From Eledone cirrhosa (lineage: Eukaryota), in assembly GCA_964016885.1 (NCBI GenBank), contig OZ024753.1, forward strand, positions 43,648,001 through 43,712,000: 64,000 nucleotides of DNA, written 5' to 3'. This document shows, in pieces, positions 25,612 to 39,437 of the stretch (positions are counted from its first letter, which is position 1; each line of letters starts with the position of its first letter). The notes beneath the pieces were generated by a model. The model was not told the origin of the DNA, searched no databases, and saw only the letters and a program-made list of their open reading frames with translations. A program made the position numbers and the translations under genes.

Positions 25612-26603
25612 GGTCTTGCAAAAAAATATATATATATATTACCATCATCATTTTATGCCCTTGGGTTGACCTATGCTTTATTAGTGGAATTTGGTAGCAT
25701 GAAACTCCAGAGGCCTGTCGTGTATATATATATATATATTCTATATATATATGTGTATATATATGTTTGCCTGGGTTTTCATGTCAGTGTTTATGTCCTG
25801 TAACTTTGTAGTTTAACAAAAAAAAAATAAAAAATCGTATAAATATAACTAACAGGGTTGACATGAACAAATAAAACTTCATTTCAGAAAGTGCCACAGC
25901 ATGGCCACGGGCTAATGACTGAAACCAGTAAAAGCTTAAAAGAATAGCACGACTGAAAAAGAAAAAAAAGAAAAAGAAAAACTGCTCCGTTCCAATAGAT
26001 GTTGTAATCTGTATTTCTAAGAAACTATAAAATGAAGAAAGCCAAACACATACTTTACTTCTGACGAGTATTATTATAGGATCAGTTAAAAAACTATAGA
26101 AAAATGTTGTAGCAGTATGGAGATCAGAGAAAGCCAGCATAGCTGGACAGCCAGATCAATTTTAAAAAACATGGAAATGGAAGAGGAAATGAAGTTAACT
26201 ATCAGCTTAAAGCAGCCTGCAAAAAAAGATAATCTCTTTGTCATTATCAAATCAAAAGTTGTTTGCTTTTTCTCTTGTTGTTTGTTTGCTGTTTGGGGGG
26301 TATTCTTTATTTTTTTATTTTTTATTTTTTATTTATTTATTTTTTTTTTTTGCATTTATTCAGCAACAAAGAGAAATTTTTTCTGTGTCCATCCAGAAAA
26401 ACTCTTACCAAATGTAATTTGCTATCAATAATTCAAAAGCTGTTCAGTGACAATGATGGTTATCATCATGATTATCATGATTTTATATATGAGGTAAGAT
26501 GGGTTATCACAGTTTGAGACTTGACCAGTCAGAGAGCCCTTATTTTGCTCATATATTCCATATTTGGTATGGTTTCTATGACTGGGCCCTCCTCCTAAGG
26601 CAA

Positions 26604-27162
26604 AACCACTTTACAAAGTGCACTGCATACATTTTATCATGACACCAGAACTACCACTTTACAGAGCGTACAGGGTGTATTTTATCATGACACCAGAACT
26701 ACCACTTTACAGAGCGTACTGGGTGTATTTTATCATGACACCAGCACTATCACTTTACAGAGCGTACTGGGTGTATTTTATCATGACACCAGCACTATCA
26801 CTTTACAGAGCGTACTGGGTGTATTTTATCATGACACCAGCACTACCACTTTACAGAGCGTACTGGGTGTATTTTATCATGACACCAGCACTACCACTTT
26901 ACAGAGCGTACTGGGTGTATTTTATCATGACACCAGCACTACCACTTTACAGAGTGTACTGGGTGTATTTTATCATGACACCAGCAATACCACTTTACAG
27001 AGTGTACAGGGTGTATTTTATCATGACACCTGCATTAACACTTTACCGAGTGTACAGGGTGCATTTTATCATGACACCAGCACTGCCACTTTACAGAGTG
27101 TACAGGGTGCATTTTATCATGACACCAGCACTAACACTTTACAGAGTTCATTGGGTGCATTT
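26604..27162. repeat. 48-bp minisatellite (ccactttacagagcgtactgggtgtattttatcatgacaccagcacta), about 11-12 units
   Basis: Exact 48-bp periodicity (16-aa repeat in the ORF track); follows a decayed SINE tail (ggtttctatgactgggcc). Confidence 0.92.
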
Positions 27163-27702
27163 ATAGAGAGGTTGTCGGCCATTGCCTCACCTGAAGATCC
27201 CTCTTTAGCCTATAAAGGTGAGGTAAGAAAAATGATAAGTATGATGTCATTGGTACATGAGGAGTGTAGTGGGGGGGGGGGGGGGGGAGATTTGACAGGG
27301 GGATGAGGAGGGGAAGGTGTGACCTCCAATAGTGTGGGACATACTGTGATAATAACAGCTACTACAGCGTGATAGTGAAGAGGAAGGTTGAGTGGGTGTT
27401 GGGTGCTCAGTGACAGTGAGAATAGCTACTATATATATACACACACGCACACACACACATATACACACACACACACACTCACACACATGAATATTTATAG
27501 CTGTTTATTTCCTTGTTTTTTTTCATTTATTATTGTGTATATATTACACACATATCATACATACACACACACACTCACACATATATATATACACATACAT
27601 ACACATTCTTCCATGACAAACAACATTATTTCACATTTTTTTTTTGTTTTAGACATCATACTAAGAAATATATCATCTTAATTTTTTTTATATATGTATA
27701 TA

Positions 27703-27736
<34 letters not shown>

Positions 27737-27740
27737 ATAC

Positions 27741-27794
<54 letters not shown>

Positions 27795-28137
27795 CTAATA
27801 TTTATTTATATATATATATAACATTATATTTTCGTGTTTACTTGTAAGTAATTTTTGTTATTTTCTATATTATGTATGCAAAGCACATATATATATACTA
27901 AAATATCTAAGTCCATTTCATAATTCTAACTCACATGATTTTTATCTGCAGACATTCAGAGATGGGGTGGTGGGGGATGGGATGGGATTTTTTTCAAATT
28001 GCTAACCATGAGTTTCTTTTGCAGAACATTATTTCGACAAAACACAATATGTAGCTGTGTTTATTGATAGGATAAGTATTATAATCATGTGAAACTGTTC
28101 TGTAGTGGAGGAATTCTTAACAATTTACATTTATCAG

Positions 28138-28562
28138 TGGAAATTAATTCTAATATTTTAATATACTTCATGGGTTAGCTGAGAAATTCTTAGGCTGACC
28201 AAGATACTCTCATGGAATGACCAAATGAGGTTTTATTTTTTCAACAAAGTCCCTGGAAAGAAACAATGCAGTTATTAATAAGAAGAGTTAAAATTAATGC
28301 ATGCAAGATTTCACAACTCTAGCATCACTATATGAGAGTTGGCTGAAAAGGTCATAGGCTGACCAAGAAACACTCTCTGGAAATTCTAATATTTTAATAT
28401 ACTTCATGGGTTGGCTGAGAAGTTCATAGGCTGACCAAGATACTCTCATGGAATCACCAAATGAGGTTTATTTTTCAACATAGTCCCTGGAAAGAAACAA
28501 TGCAGTTATTAATAAGAAAGGTTAAAGTTAATGCACACAAGATTTCACAGCTCTAGCATCAC
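28138..28562 (+). mobile_element. Tandem ~235-bp duplication containing mariner-like terminal fragments
   Basis: tgggttggctgagaagttcataggctgaccaagatactctcatggaa and its flanks occur twice, plus a partial third copy. Confidence 0.7.
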
Positions 28563-29222
28563 TCCTTCATCAAAGTAGACCCAGTAAACATTTCCATTTG
28601 TATTTCCATTGCTGACACTATCTACTGGTCACAACTCCTGGCAGAAATGTTTGATCTGCACAAATCTTTGAGGGCAGTACCATGTATTTGGTATTCTCTG
28701 AGTATGAGAAGCATTTGTAATTACAATTTTAAACATTTTGTGAGTGTTTTATGTCTTTTAACCGTCATTTATCATGATCTATTTGAGGAAACATTTTAAC
28801 TAAATTAGATTTAGAACTGCACATGAAGGGGTCAGCTTTATGTTGAAATATTTACATGCAACAACTAAACTATTCGGAGAACTTGAAAGATTTAAATCTA
28901 TCGTTACCACATTTCTTATAAAAGATGCTGCTTGTGGTTTTGAAATTATTTTTTGTATAATGATTAACATGGAGGGATTTCCTAACATAAATAAGTTTTA
29001 CATTATTAAGCTTGTATTTAGAAGTCATTGTAACAAATGTTGTCACATTAAATTATGATGGAAGGTTTTTAGATGAATATAAACACTTTAAAACATACAA
29101 TTTTGAAACTAGAGATGGCTTCAGGTTTTTCGGTATTAAAGGGGTTAAATCTGTATATGTAGGATCAAAAAATAAAATGTTCTTCACACATTCACAAGCA
29201 TAAACCTTTATATACACTTTAA

Positions 29223-29442
29223 CCCTTTAGCATTTAAACCGGCCGTATCCGGCCAGAATTCTCTCACCTCTTTCTATTCAAACCAGCCGTAATTGGCTGC
29301 TCATACCTATGTTAAGGTATTGTTCACAAACTAAGTCACATCAAAATCTCATAGATTTGATATTACATAGATAATTATCTAAAATAAAGCCTTTACAACA
29401 AAAATACAGTAGTAAGTATAGAATAATGTAAATGCTAAAGGG
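29223..29442. mobile_element. piggyBac-type MITE (220 bp)
   Basis: TTAA|CCCTTTAGCATTTA ... TAAATGCTAAAGGG|TTAA: 14-bp perfect TIR and TTAA TSD. Confidence 0.88.
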
Positions 29443-29733
29443 TTAAAAACAGCCACCTTACAGAGTCTACTCGGTGCATATTTCCATGGCAACAACTCTA
29501 AACAGGTTGTCAGGTATTTAACAGGGTTTGAGGGTCAACTTTACCCTATGAGCACTCAGTGTGTTCCCTCACCATTTTATGGGGACGAGGGAGTTAGTGT
29601 GAGTAAGGGGCAGTAAGATAATATATAAAATATCACCCTTTAGAAATTTTTCAACTTAAATGCGAAAATAAATTACTTGGCACTTCTTTTTCATACCTTT
29701 CCAGTCTAATCTACTCCACAGCTTCCTTCATAC

Positions 29734-29734
<1 letters not shown>

Positions 29735-29803
<69 letters not shown>

Positions 29804-29948
29804 ACTTATATTTGTCTCTCTCTCTCTATCTTTATTTCTCTCTCTCTCTCTCTCTCTCTCTCGAGAGAGAGAGAGAGAGAGATTTATATATGTCAGTGTG
29901 TATATGTATATATGTGTATATATATATATGTGTATATATGTATATATA

Positions 29949-29982
<34 letters not shown>

Positions 29983-30051
29983 CATATATATATACATATA
30001 TATATATATACATATATATATACATATATATATATATACATATATATATAC

Positions 30052-30084
<33 letters not shown>

Positions 30085-30143
30085 CATATATATACATATA
30101 TATATACATATATACATATATATATACATATATACATATATAT

Positions 30144-30176
<33 letters not shown>

Positions 30177-30219
30177 TATATACATATATATATATATACA
30201 TATATACATATATATATAC

Positions 30220-30256
<37 letters not shown>

Positions 30257-30390
30257 CATATATACATATATATACATATATACATATATATATACATATA
30301 TATATACATATATATATACACATATATATAAATAAATATGAGTGTGTATGTATATATAAATAAGTGTATTTATATACACATACATATATA
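29735..30390. repeat. (TA)n, (TC)n/(GA)n and (TACA) microsatellites
   Basis: Direct inspection. Confidence 0.95.
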
Positions 30391-30647
30391 TGCATCAACA
30401 TCGTTATGAAATAGAAACATAACGACAAAAAGAAACAGGAGAGAAATAAGTAAACAATGTCTACCTGGGCAAGTGTGATTGACTATGTCTAAGTATGTTT
30501 TGGTGTTGATTGGATAATAATACGACTTGTCAGGTAGGAAAACAAAAAAATGTGTAAAAGCTGTATAAATATATAAACAATACTACACCCCCCCCCCCCC
30601 CCATCGCACACAGATAAGAATATAGATAATAATAATAATATAAATAA

Positions 30648-31043
30648 TAATTGTTTCTACTATTGGTACAAGGCTAGCAATTACCCAGTACATTACTGGT
30701 ACTTTATTTTATCGACCCCGTAAGGATGAAAGGCAAAGTTAACCTCGGTGGGATTTGAACTTAGAAAGTAAAGGGCCGTAATTCCATGCTGCAAAGCATG
30801 GCGCCCGACCCTCTACCGATACTGCCAATCCCCCGCCATAATAATAATAATAATAATAACAATGATTGTTTCTACTTTTGGCACAAGGCCAGCAATTATC
30901 CCAGTGTATTACTGGTACTTTATTTTATCGACCTCGTAAGGATGAATGGCAAAGTTAACTTCGTCGTTATTTGAACTCAGGACGTAAAGGGTCATAACTC
31001 TATGCTGCAAAGCATGGCGTCTGACATTCTATCGATACTGCCA
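30648..31043 (-). mobile_element. Two head-to-tail SINE-B copies
   Basis: Copies at about 30648-30838 and 30863-31043, separated by (AAT)n. Confidence 0.9.
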
Positions 31044-31215
31044 TGATAGTGATAATACAGACAGAGAGAGAGAGAGAGAATTTTGAAATGAAATGCTAAA
31101 CAAGCATTGTGATTATTTTTCCAAACATCCTGGTTGTCTAGAATTCCTTTGAGCTTTCCATGGTGAGTAATGTTTGACAAATTACCTTTTTATCACAGCA
31201 GCAGCAGCAAAGTTC

Positions 31216-31747
31216 CACACCGCACTGCACTACACTACACCACACCGCACCGTACCACACCACACTACACTATGCCATGCCACACCACACCAAACTACAC
31301 CATGCCATGCCACACCACACCACAGCACACCACACCACACCACAGCACACCACACCAAACTACACCATGCCATGCCACACCACACCAAACTAGACCACAC
31401 TACACCACACAACACCACAGCACACCACACCAAACTACACCATGCCACGCCACACCACACCACACTACACCATGCCACACTGCACCAAACTACACGACAC
31501 TATACCACACTACAGCACAGCACACCTCACCACAGCACACCACACCTCACCACAGCACACCACACCACACTACACCATGCCACGCCACACCGCACCGCAC
31601 TGCACTACACCACAGCACACCACACTACATCATGCCACGCCACACCGCACCGCACTACACCACAGCACACCACACTACACCACGCCACACCACACCGCAC
31701 TACACCGCACTACACCACAGCACACCACACCACACCACACCACACTA
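31216..31747. repeat. Degenerate (CACAC)n pentanucleotide satellite
   Basis: 5-bp register with variants cgcac/tacac/agcac/tgcca. Confidence 0.92.
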
Positions 31748-32009
31748 CTGGTGGTGTTGGTGGTGGTTATACTGTTGGTGTTGTTTGGAGAGAGTGAGGT
31801 GTGATTTCAAAGTGTCAATTGTCATCCATCTTTTTCTTAGTTTTAGTTCTCCACACACAACTCTTCTCCACTTAAAAACCAAACAACAAACACTGAAAAT
31901 AAGTGAAAAATCAACAAACAACTCTAGCGACATCTTTTTACATTCTTCTCACTAATCTTTCCTTTCAACTGGTGTATATATTGAGTGCAGCAGTCTATAT
32001 AAGTGATAT

Positions 32010-32030
32010 ATTTATATATATATAGACTTA

Positions 32031-32070
<40 letters not shown>

Positions 32071-32414
32071 GAAAATTTAGATTGTCCTTTTTATTATATA
32101 TATATATATGTATGTATGTGTGTGTGTGTGTGTGTGTGGGTGTGTGCGTGTCTGTGTGTGTGTATGTATATATGTATATATATATGTATGTATGTATATG
32201 TATATATATATATGTATGTATGTGTGTGTGTATGTATATATGTGTGTGTATGTGTGTGTATATATATGTATGTATGTGTATATATATATGTATGTATGTA
32301 TGTATGTATATATGTATGTATATATGTATGTATATGTATGTATGTATATATGTATGTATATGTATGTATGTATATATGTATGTATATGTATGTATGTATA
32401 TGTATGTATGTATG

Positions 32415-32461
<47 letters not shown>

Positions 32462-32494
32462 GTATATATGTATATATATATATATGTATATATG

Positions 32495-32527
<33 letters not shown>

Positions 32528-32869
32528 GTATATATATATGTATATATATATGTATATATATATGTATATATATATGTATATATATATGTATATATATATG
32601 TATGTATATATATATGTATATATATATGTATATATATATGTATATATATATGTATATATATATGTATATATATATGTATATGTATGTATATGTATGTATA
32701 TATATATGTATATATGTATGTATATATATATGTATATATATATATGTATATATATATATGTATGTATATATATATATATGTATGTATATATATATATATA
32801 TATATGTATGTATATATATATATATGTATGTATATATATATGTATGTATATATATATATGTATGTATAT

Positions 32870-32900
<31 letters not shown>
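32010..32900. repeat. (TA/TATG)n microsatellite
   Basis: Direct inspection. Confidence 0.95.
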
Positions 32901-32901
<1 letters not shown>

Positions 32902-33020
32902 TCAAATCCCATCGAGGTTAACTTTGCCTTTCATCCTTACGGGGGTCGATAAAATAAAGTACCAGTAATACACTGGGGTATTTGCTGGCCTTGTGCCAAA
33001 AAGTAGAAACTATTATTATT
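32899..33020 (+). mobile_element. 5'-truncated SINE-B
   Basis: Starts at B-box gttcaaatccc, ends agtagaaactattatt. Confidence 0.9.
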
Positions 33021-33239
33021 TGTGTGAGTGTCGTACATCTAATATAAATACTCATAGATATTGTATTGAAACTGGTGTGTATATATATGTGTATATGTGT
33101 GTGTGTGTATATGTCTATATATGTGTGTGTGTGTGTATATATATGTGTGTGTGTGTGTATATGTGTCTATATATGTATATGTGTGTCTATATATTTGTGT
33201 GTCTCACATTTAATGTAAACACAAGTAGATATTGTATTG

Positions 33240-34892
33240 AAACTGTTGTGTGTGTCTGTATGTATATGTCTATATATGTGTGTGTGTATATGTCTATATA
33301 TGTGTGTGTGTGTATGTCTATATATGTGTGTGTCTATATGTCTATATATGTGTGTGTGTGTGTATATGTCTATATATGGGTGTGTGTATATGTCTATATA
33401 TGTGTGTGTGTGTATGTCTATATATGTGTGTGTCTATATGTCTATATATGTGTGTGTGTGTGTGTGTATATGTCTATATATGGGTGTGTGTATATGTCTA
33501 TATATGGGTGTGTGTATATGTCTATATATGTGTGTGTATATGTCTATATATGTGTGTGTGTATATGTCTATATATGTGTGTGTGTATATGTCTATATATG
33601 TGTGTGTGTAAATGTCTATATATGTGTGTGTGTGTATATGTCTATATATGTGTGTGTGTGTATATGTCTATATATGTGTGTGTGTATATGTCTATATATG
33701 TGTGTGTGTATATGTCTATATATGTGTGTGTGTGTATATGTCTATATATGTGTGTGTATATGTCTATATATATGTGTGTGTGTATATGTCTATATGTGTG
33801 TGTGTATATGTCTATATATGCGTGTGTGTGTATGTCTATATGTGTGTGTGTATATGTCTATATATGCGTGTGTGTGTATGTCTATATATGTGTGTGTGTA
33901 AATGTCTATATATGTGTGTGTATATGTCTATATGTGTGTGTGTATGTCTATATATGTGTGTGTGTATATGTCTATATATGCGTGTGTGTGTATATGTCTA
34001 TATATGTGTGTGTGTAAATGTCTATATGTGTGTGTGTATATGTCTATATATGTGTGTGTGTGTGTATATGTCTATATATGGGTGTGTGTATATGTCTATA
34101 TATGGGTGTGTGTATATGTCTATATATGTGTGTGTGTATATGTCTATATATGTGTGTGTGTATATGTCTATATATGTGTGTGTGTATATGTCTATATATG
34201 TGTGTGTGTATATGTCTATATATGTGTGTGTGTATATGTCTATATATGTGTGTGTGTATATGTCTATATATGTGTGTGTATATGTCTATATATATGTGTG
34301 TGTATATGTCTATATGTGTGTGTGTATATGTCTATATATGCGTGTGTGTGTATGTCTATATGTGTGTGTGTATATGTCTATATATGCGTGTGTGTGTATA
34401 TGTCTATATATGTGTGTGTGTAAATGTCTATATATGTGTGTGTATATGTCTATATGTGTGTGTGTATGTCTATATATGTGTGTGTGTATATGTCTATATA
34501 TGCGTGTGTGTGTATATGTCTATATATGTGTGTGTGTAAATGTCTATATGTGTGTGTGTATATGTCTATATATGTGTGTGTGTATGTCTATATATATGTG
34601 TGTGTGTGTATATGTCTATATATGTGTGTGTATATATGCGTGTGTGTGTATATGTCTATATATGTGTATGTATATGTCTATATATGTGTGTATGTATATG
34701 TCTATATATGTGTGTGTGTAAATGTCTATATATGTGTGTGTATATGTCTATATATATGTGTGTGTGTGTATATGTCTATATATGTGTGTGTGTATATGTC
34801 TATATATATATGTGCGTGTGTGTATGTCTATATATGCGTGTGTGTATATGTCTATATATGCGTGTGTGTATATGTCTATATATGCGTGTGTC
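33240..34892. repeat. About 22-26-bp unit satellite (tatatgtctatatatgtgtgtgtg), 1.65 kb
   Basis: Recurring atgtctata anchor with variable TG number. Confidence 0.95.
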
Positions 34893-35386
34893 TCGTACAT
34901 TTAATATAAACACATATAGATATTGTATTGAAACTGGTGTGTGTGTATATATATATATATATATGTGCGTGTGTATATGTGTATGTGTGTGTGTATATAT
35001 GTGTATGTGTATATATGTGTGTATATGTGTGTGTCCATGTTTAATATAAAGACATGTACACATCCACTTGAACAATGCTAGTTTATTAATGACTTAATAA
35101 TTATAGGAATTAATAACAATTTATTAATTTTTGGTTGAAAGATGAACAAATTTGATAGACACAATAAATAAAGGAAGGAGATAAAAGCTATCAACTACTA
35201 TATGTTTCTATGTTGAGTTGAATTGTGATCAGGTCATTGGCTGAGTCTTGTCTGAGAAGTGTTAAGAAGTAAATCTATTGAACTCATCAATGATATTGAA
35301 GCGGAATTGGACTCTGTCATTTCAAAAGAATTGTTTCTAATTTAGGCACAAGGCCAGCAATTTATAGTGGAAGGAAAGTTGATTAA

Positions 35387-35530
35387 CCCTTTAGCATTTA
35401 AACCAGCCGTACCTGGCCAGAATTCTCTCACCTCTTTCTGTTCAAACCGGCCATAACTGGCTGCTCATACTGATGTTAAGGTATTATTTTCATAATAAAT
35501 AGTATCAAAATCTCATAGATTTTATATGGT
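35387..35530. mobile_element. Truncated piggyBac-type MITE
   Basis: TTAA|CCCTTTAGCATTTAAACC colinear with 29223 onward; the other TIR is absent. Confidence 0.8.
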
Positions 35531-35537
35531 TAATATG

Positions 35538-35890
35538 TACCAGGTGTGAGCAAGTCGCTATAACATACCACCTTTACATACATTACTAGTGTGTACCAAC
35601 AGTGAGCTAGTGTATACCAACAGTGAGCTAGTGTGTACCAACTGTAAGCTAGTCACTATAACACACCACCTTTACATACATTACTAGTGTGTACTAACAG
35701 TAAGCTAGTGTGTACCAAGAGTAAGCTTGTGTGTACCAAGAGTAAGCTAGTCACTATAACACACCACTTTTACATATATTACTAGTGTGTGCCAACTGTA
35801 AGCTAGTCACTATAACACACCACCTTTACATATATTACTAGTGTCTACCAACTGTAAGCTAGTCACTATAACACACCACCTTTACATATA
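35538..35890. repeat. About 56-bp minisatellite with 21-bp sub-repeats
   Basis: agtcactataacacaccacctttacata in about 5 copies; ctagtgtgtaccaacagtgag sub-units in variable number. Confidence 0.85.
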
Positions 35891-36744
35891 CATCTTTAGC
35901 TCTTGAATGTTCAAGGTAATTTACCAAATTAGATTGTGAAATAAATAATCTATGGTTCAGCCAGACTGAGACACATTTAAAATTCTGAAAATCTAACTTT
36001 TCACTTCTTTATTTTCTGATTACTTCTCTCTCTTCTCTCCTTTTCTCTTGTCTATCGTCTGTTTTCATCATATTCTTCTTTATTTCCTTCTTCTTTACTT
36101 ATTCTTCTTTCCTTATTTACCTTATTATTTATCTTCACAGAACTTACGTTCATCCCCTCTCATCTCCTGTCAACTTTATTTTGTGGTAATTATTGCTTTT
36201 ATTAAGCTTATTTTCCATTCACTAATCTATTCATTATATATTTTGGTATTTGTCAGCACTTACTAATTACTCCTCTTTTATCTCTCTAATTCTCTTTCTT
36301 CTTCCACCATTTATTCTTCTTCTCTTCCTTTTCATTTCCCATGGTCCTTTTTATTCTTTTCATATTTGCTGGCTTATTTTTCTTTTTTGTCTTCTTTTTC
36401 TTTACACCTTTCTTTGTTTTCTGGGGGATTTTTTTACCATTCCGTTATACTTATCTCCGAGAGAATCAAGAACAATATTATATGACACCAGAACTGTATT
36501 TTAAGTAGAACCAGAATTTGTAGATTTCTCACCAAAGTTAAACCAACTTACCCTGGAATAGCAAGAACCTATCAACAGCTTCTCCGAAAAGAAAAGAAAG
36601 TAAAAATGTTGAGTTTATTGTTACACTTCAAGGAACTTTAATTTTTATTTTAAACTAAGGATTGTAACACTTTATCAACTTTGTCACTGATATACCTGCT
36701 TTTGATAAATGTGTGTTTGATACATGTGTGTTTTGTAATTTTAA

Positions 36745-37306
36745 TCCTTTAGCATTTACTCTATGTTTTCTATTGTATCATCATCATCATTTCATTTTAC
36801 GTCCGCTTTTTCCCTGCTTGCAAGGGTGGGACGGGAACTGATTCTGGCTTGATTTCTACAGCTGGATGCCCTTCCTAACACCAACCTCATTTACAGTGAG
36901 TGCTGGGTGCTCTTTTGCCGTGGCACCTCCACGACCACTTTGCAGTGGAATGATATGGACCCCAGTCCCTATCATCTCATTTCTACAGCTGAGTAAACTG
37001 GAGCAATGTGAAATAAAGTGTCTTACTCAAGGAAACAACACATCACCCGGTCTGAGAATTGAACTCACAACCTTTCGATTGCAAGGCCAATGCTCTAACC
37101 ACTAAGCCATGTGCCTCCATTTGTATATTCATGGTAAAGGCTTTATTTCACATAATTATCTCACATAATCTTGAGTCGGTGAGATTTTGATGTTATTGTT
37201 TATTTTAAGAAGGATATCTTAATTTTGGTGTGAGATTCTGGTTACGGCTGGTTTCAAAAAGTGGACAGAATTCTGGTCAAATACAGCCGGTTTAAATGCT
37301 AAAGGG
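36745..37306. mobile_element. piggyBac-type MITE split by a SINE-A insertion
   Basis: TTAA|TCCTTTAGCATTTA ... TAAATGCTAAAGGG|TTAA. Confidence 0.82.
36777..37118 (-). mobile_element. SINE-A, full length
   Basis: Near-identical to 23751-24088 and 58051-58395. Confidence 0.93.
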
Positions 37307-38678
37307 TTAAACTAAGGATTGTAACACTCTCATCAACTTTGTCACTGATACACGTGCTTTTGATACATGTGTGTCTTGTAATTTTAAACTAAAATTGTAA
37401 CACTCTTATGAACTTTGTCACTGACTGATACACGTGCTTTTGATACACGTGTGTTTGCTACTTGTGTGTTTGCTACATGTGTGTTTGATGCTTGTGCATC
37501 TCATGCATTCACATTCGATACATGAACATTCACTGCATGCATATTCGATGTATATGCATTTGATGTATGGGCATTTGAAGCAGATGCATTTGATGTTGCA
37601 TTTTTAAGAGGAAGAGAGAGATTTCTTTATCTGTCCAGATGAACTATGATTCAAATACAAATGTAAAGCATGTATTTGAATTGTAAGAAACCCTAATGTA
37701 TTTCAGACATCAAGCATTGTGAACGCTGTTATGTGAGATCAAAGGAAAACCAAAAGCTTCTTGAAAATAATAACAACACTATTATACAATTATCTTCTTT
37801 TATTTCAAAACTTCACTTTTGTGCTCAATTTTACATTTTTTTTTTTTGCTTTCTCTATTCTCTTCGAATAGTTTTACATTCATTTTCAGCTTGGCTAATA
37901 AATATTTTAGAATTTGTATATTTGCATATGCGCTGTTAGAACAAATGTAAGGTTTTTGTTTTCACCTGAATTCAATGATTTAAATTTCTCTAAATTTACC
38001 TCTATTGAAAGCTATTTATCTCTATTTACATATATTTACCTTTATATACCTATATATACCTATATATATATGCATATATGTCTTTCAGAATAGCATATAC
38101 AACAAATGAAATGTTACAGTTCATGCTTATGTAGGTTTAGCTGGCCTTCTATGAAGTTGTATCTCATAGGAGGTTTCTTGGGTGCTTTAATGAGAAGGAC
38201 TCCAGTCCTATCACACACAGACACATATGTATCTTGTTGTTACATCTCACATCTCTGTAGGTTTAGCTGGCCTTCTATGAAGTTGTATCTCATAGGAGGT
38301 TTCTTGGGTGCTTTAATGACATTTTCCGTATCCTGTCTTATGGAAAAAAGGACATAAAAACAATGATGATAATTATAAGGATGATGGTGATGATGATAAT
38401 GACTTTCACACGGAGGTTAACCTGCAGCAATTGAAACTAAACATCAACAGCATAACTCTCATTGTTTTGGGAGGGAGGAATGACCTGCAGTTTTATGTTC
38501 TTACTGGAAATATTAAACAAATTCTATTTATCTGGAGATCGCATGATGTTCTGTAGTTTGTAATATATTGAAATAAATATTGTTGAAAGTTGTAAATATA
38601 AACTAAACATTAACTGGGAATAATAACACTTTTCACATTTGTCAGGGAAAATCCATTTCACCTACTTTCTGACAAGGG

Positions 38679-38714
<36 letters not shown>

Positions 38715-38786
38715 CAAAGAGAGAGAGAGAGACATATATATGTGTGTTTGTATATATATATATGTGTGTGTGTATATATATGCATA

Positions 38787-38832
<46 letters not shown>

Positions 38833-39332
38833 TACATAAAGAGAGAGAGACATACATATATATGTGTGTTTGTGTGTGTATATGCATATATATATATGTG
38901 TGTGTGTGTGTATATATATGTGTATATATATATATATATGGTGGCTGCCAACTCGTTTTCGAGTACGGCCACTACTTCATATCCATGTAGGAGAACCCCT
39001 ACTGATGCGCTGAACGAGTGTGACTTTTTAGTCCCGCCAGCGACTTGAAAACTCTGTACAAACACTGCATTTGTGACAATTATTGACACATATTGCAGGG
39101 CCCATGGTACCATGTGACGACAAGTGCAGAGAGATCTCCAGATATAAAGCAATGCCTGTGCCGTGAAGCTTTTATAGTGAGAAAACATATATATACACAC
39201 ACACATACATAAAGAGAGAGAGACATACATATATATGTGTGTTTGTGTGTGTATATATATGTGTATATGCATATATATATATATGTATGTGTATATATAT
39301 ATATATATATATGTATGTATATCTATGTTTTT

Positions 39333-39437
39333 TCCCACCTATTCCTGTGAGTTATGGCGGTAGAGTCCTCAAGCATTCGTTCCAGCAGGTCTTACTATGA
39401 ACAAATGTCTCCAATTGATTTGGCTGATTCCCCAAGC
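39333..39437 (-). mobile_element. Short 3' remnant of RTE family 2
   Basis: gtcctcaagca...tgtctccaattga...ccccaag matches 62767-62840. Confidence 0.55.

Noticed and set aside
26604-27162. CRISPR-like regular arrays (also 1706-2293, 5895-6370, 18022-18378)
   Set aside because: Whole units repeat without unique spacers, there are no cas genes, and the context is eukaryotic.
38939-39060. HDV-like ribozyme or intact type III hammerhead
   Set aside because: Could not place the P2/P3/P1.1 pseudoknot; the hammerhead core lacks A9, GAAA and a valid NUH.
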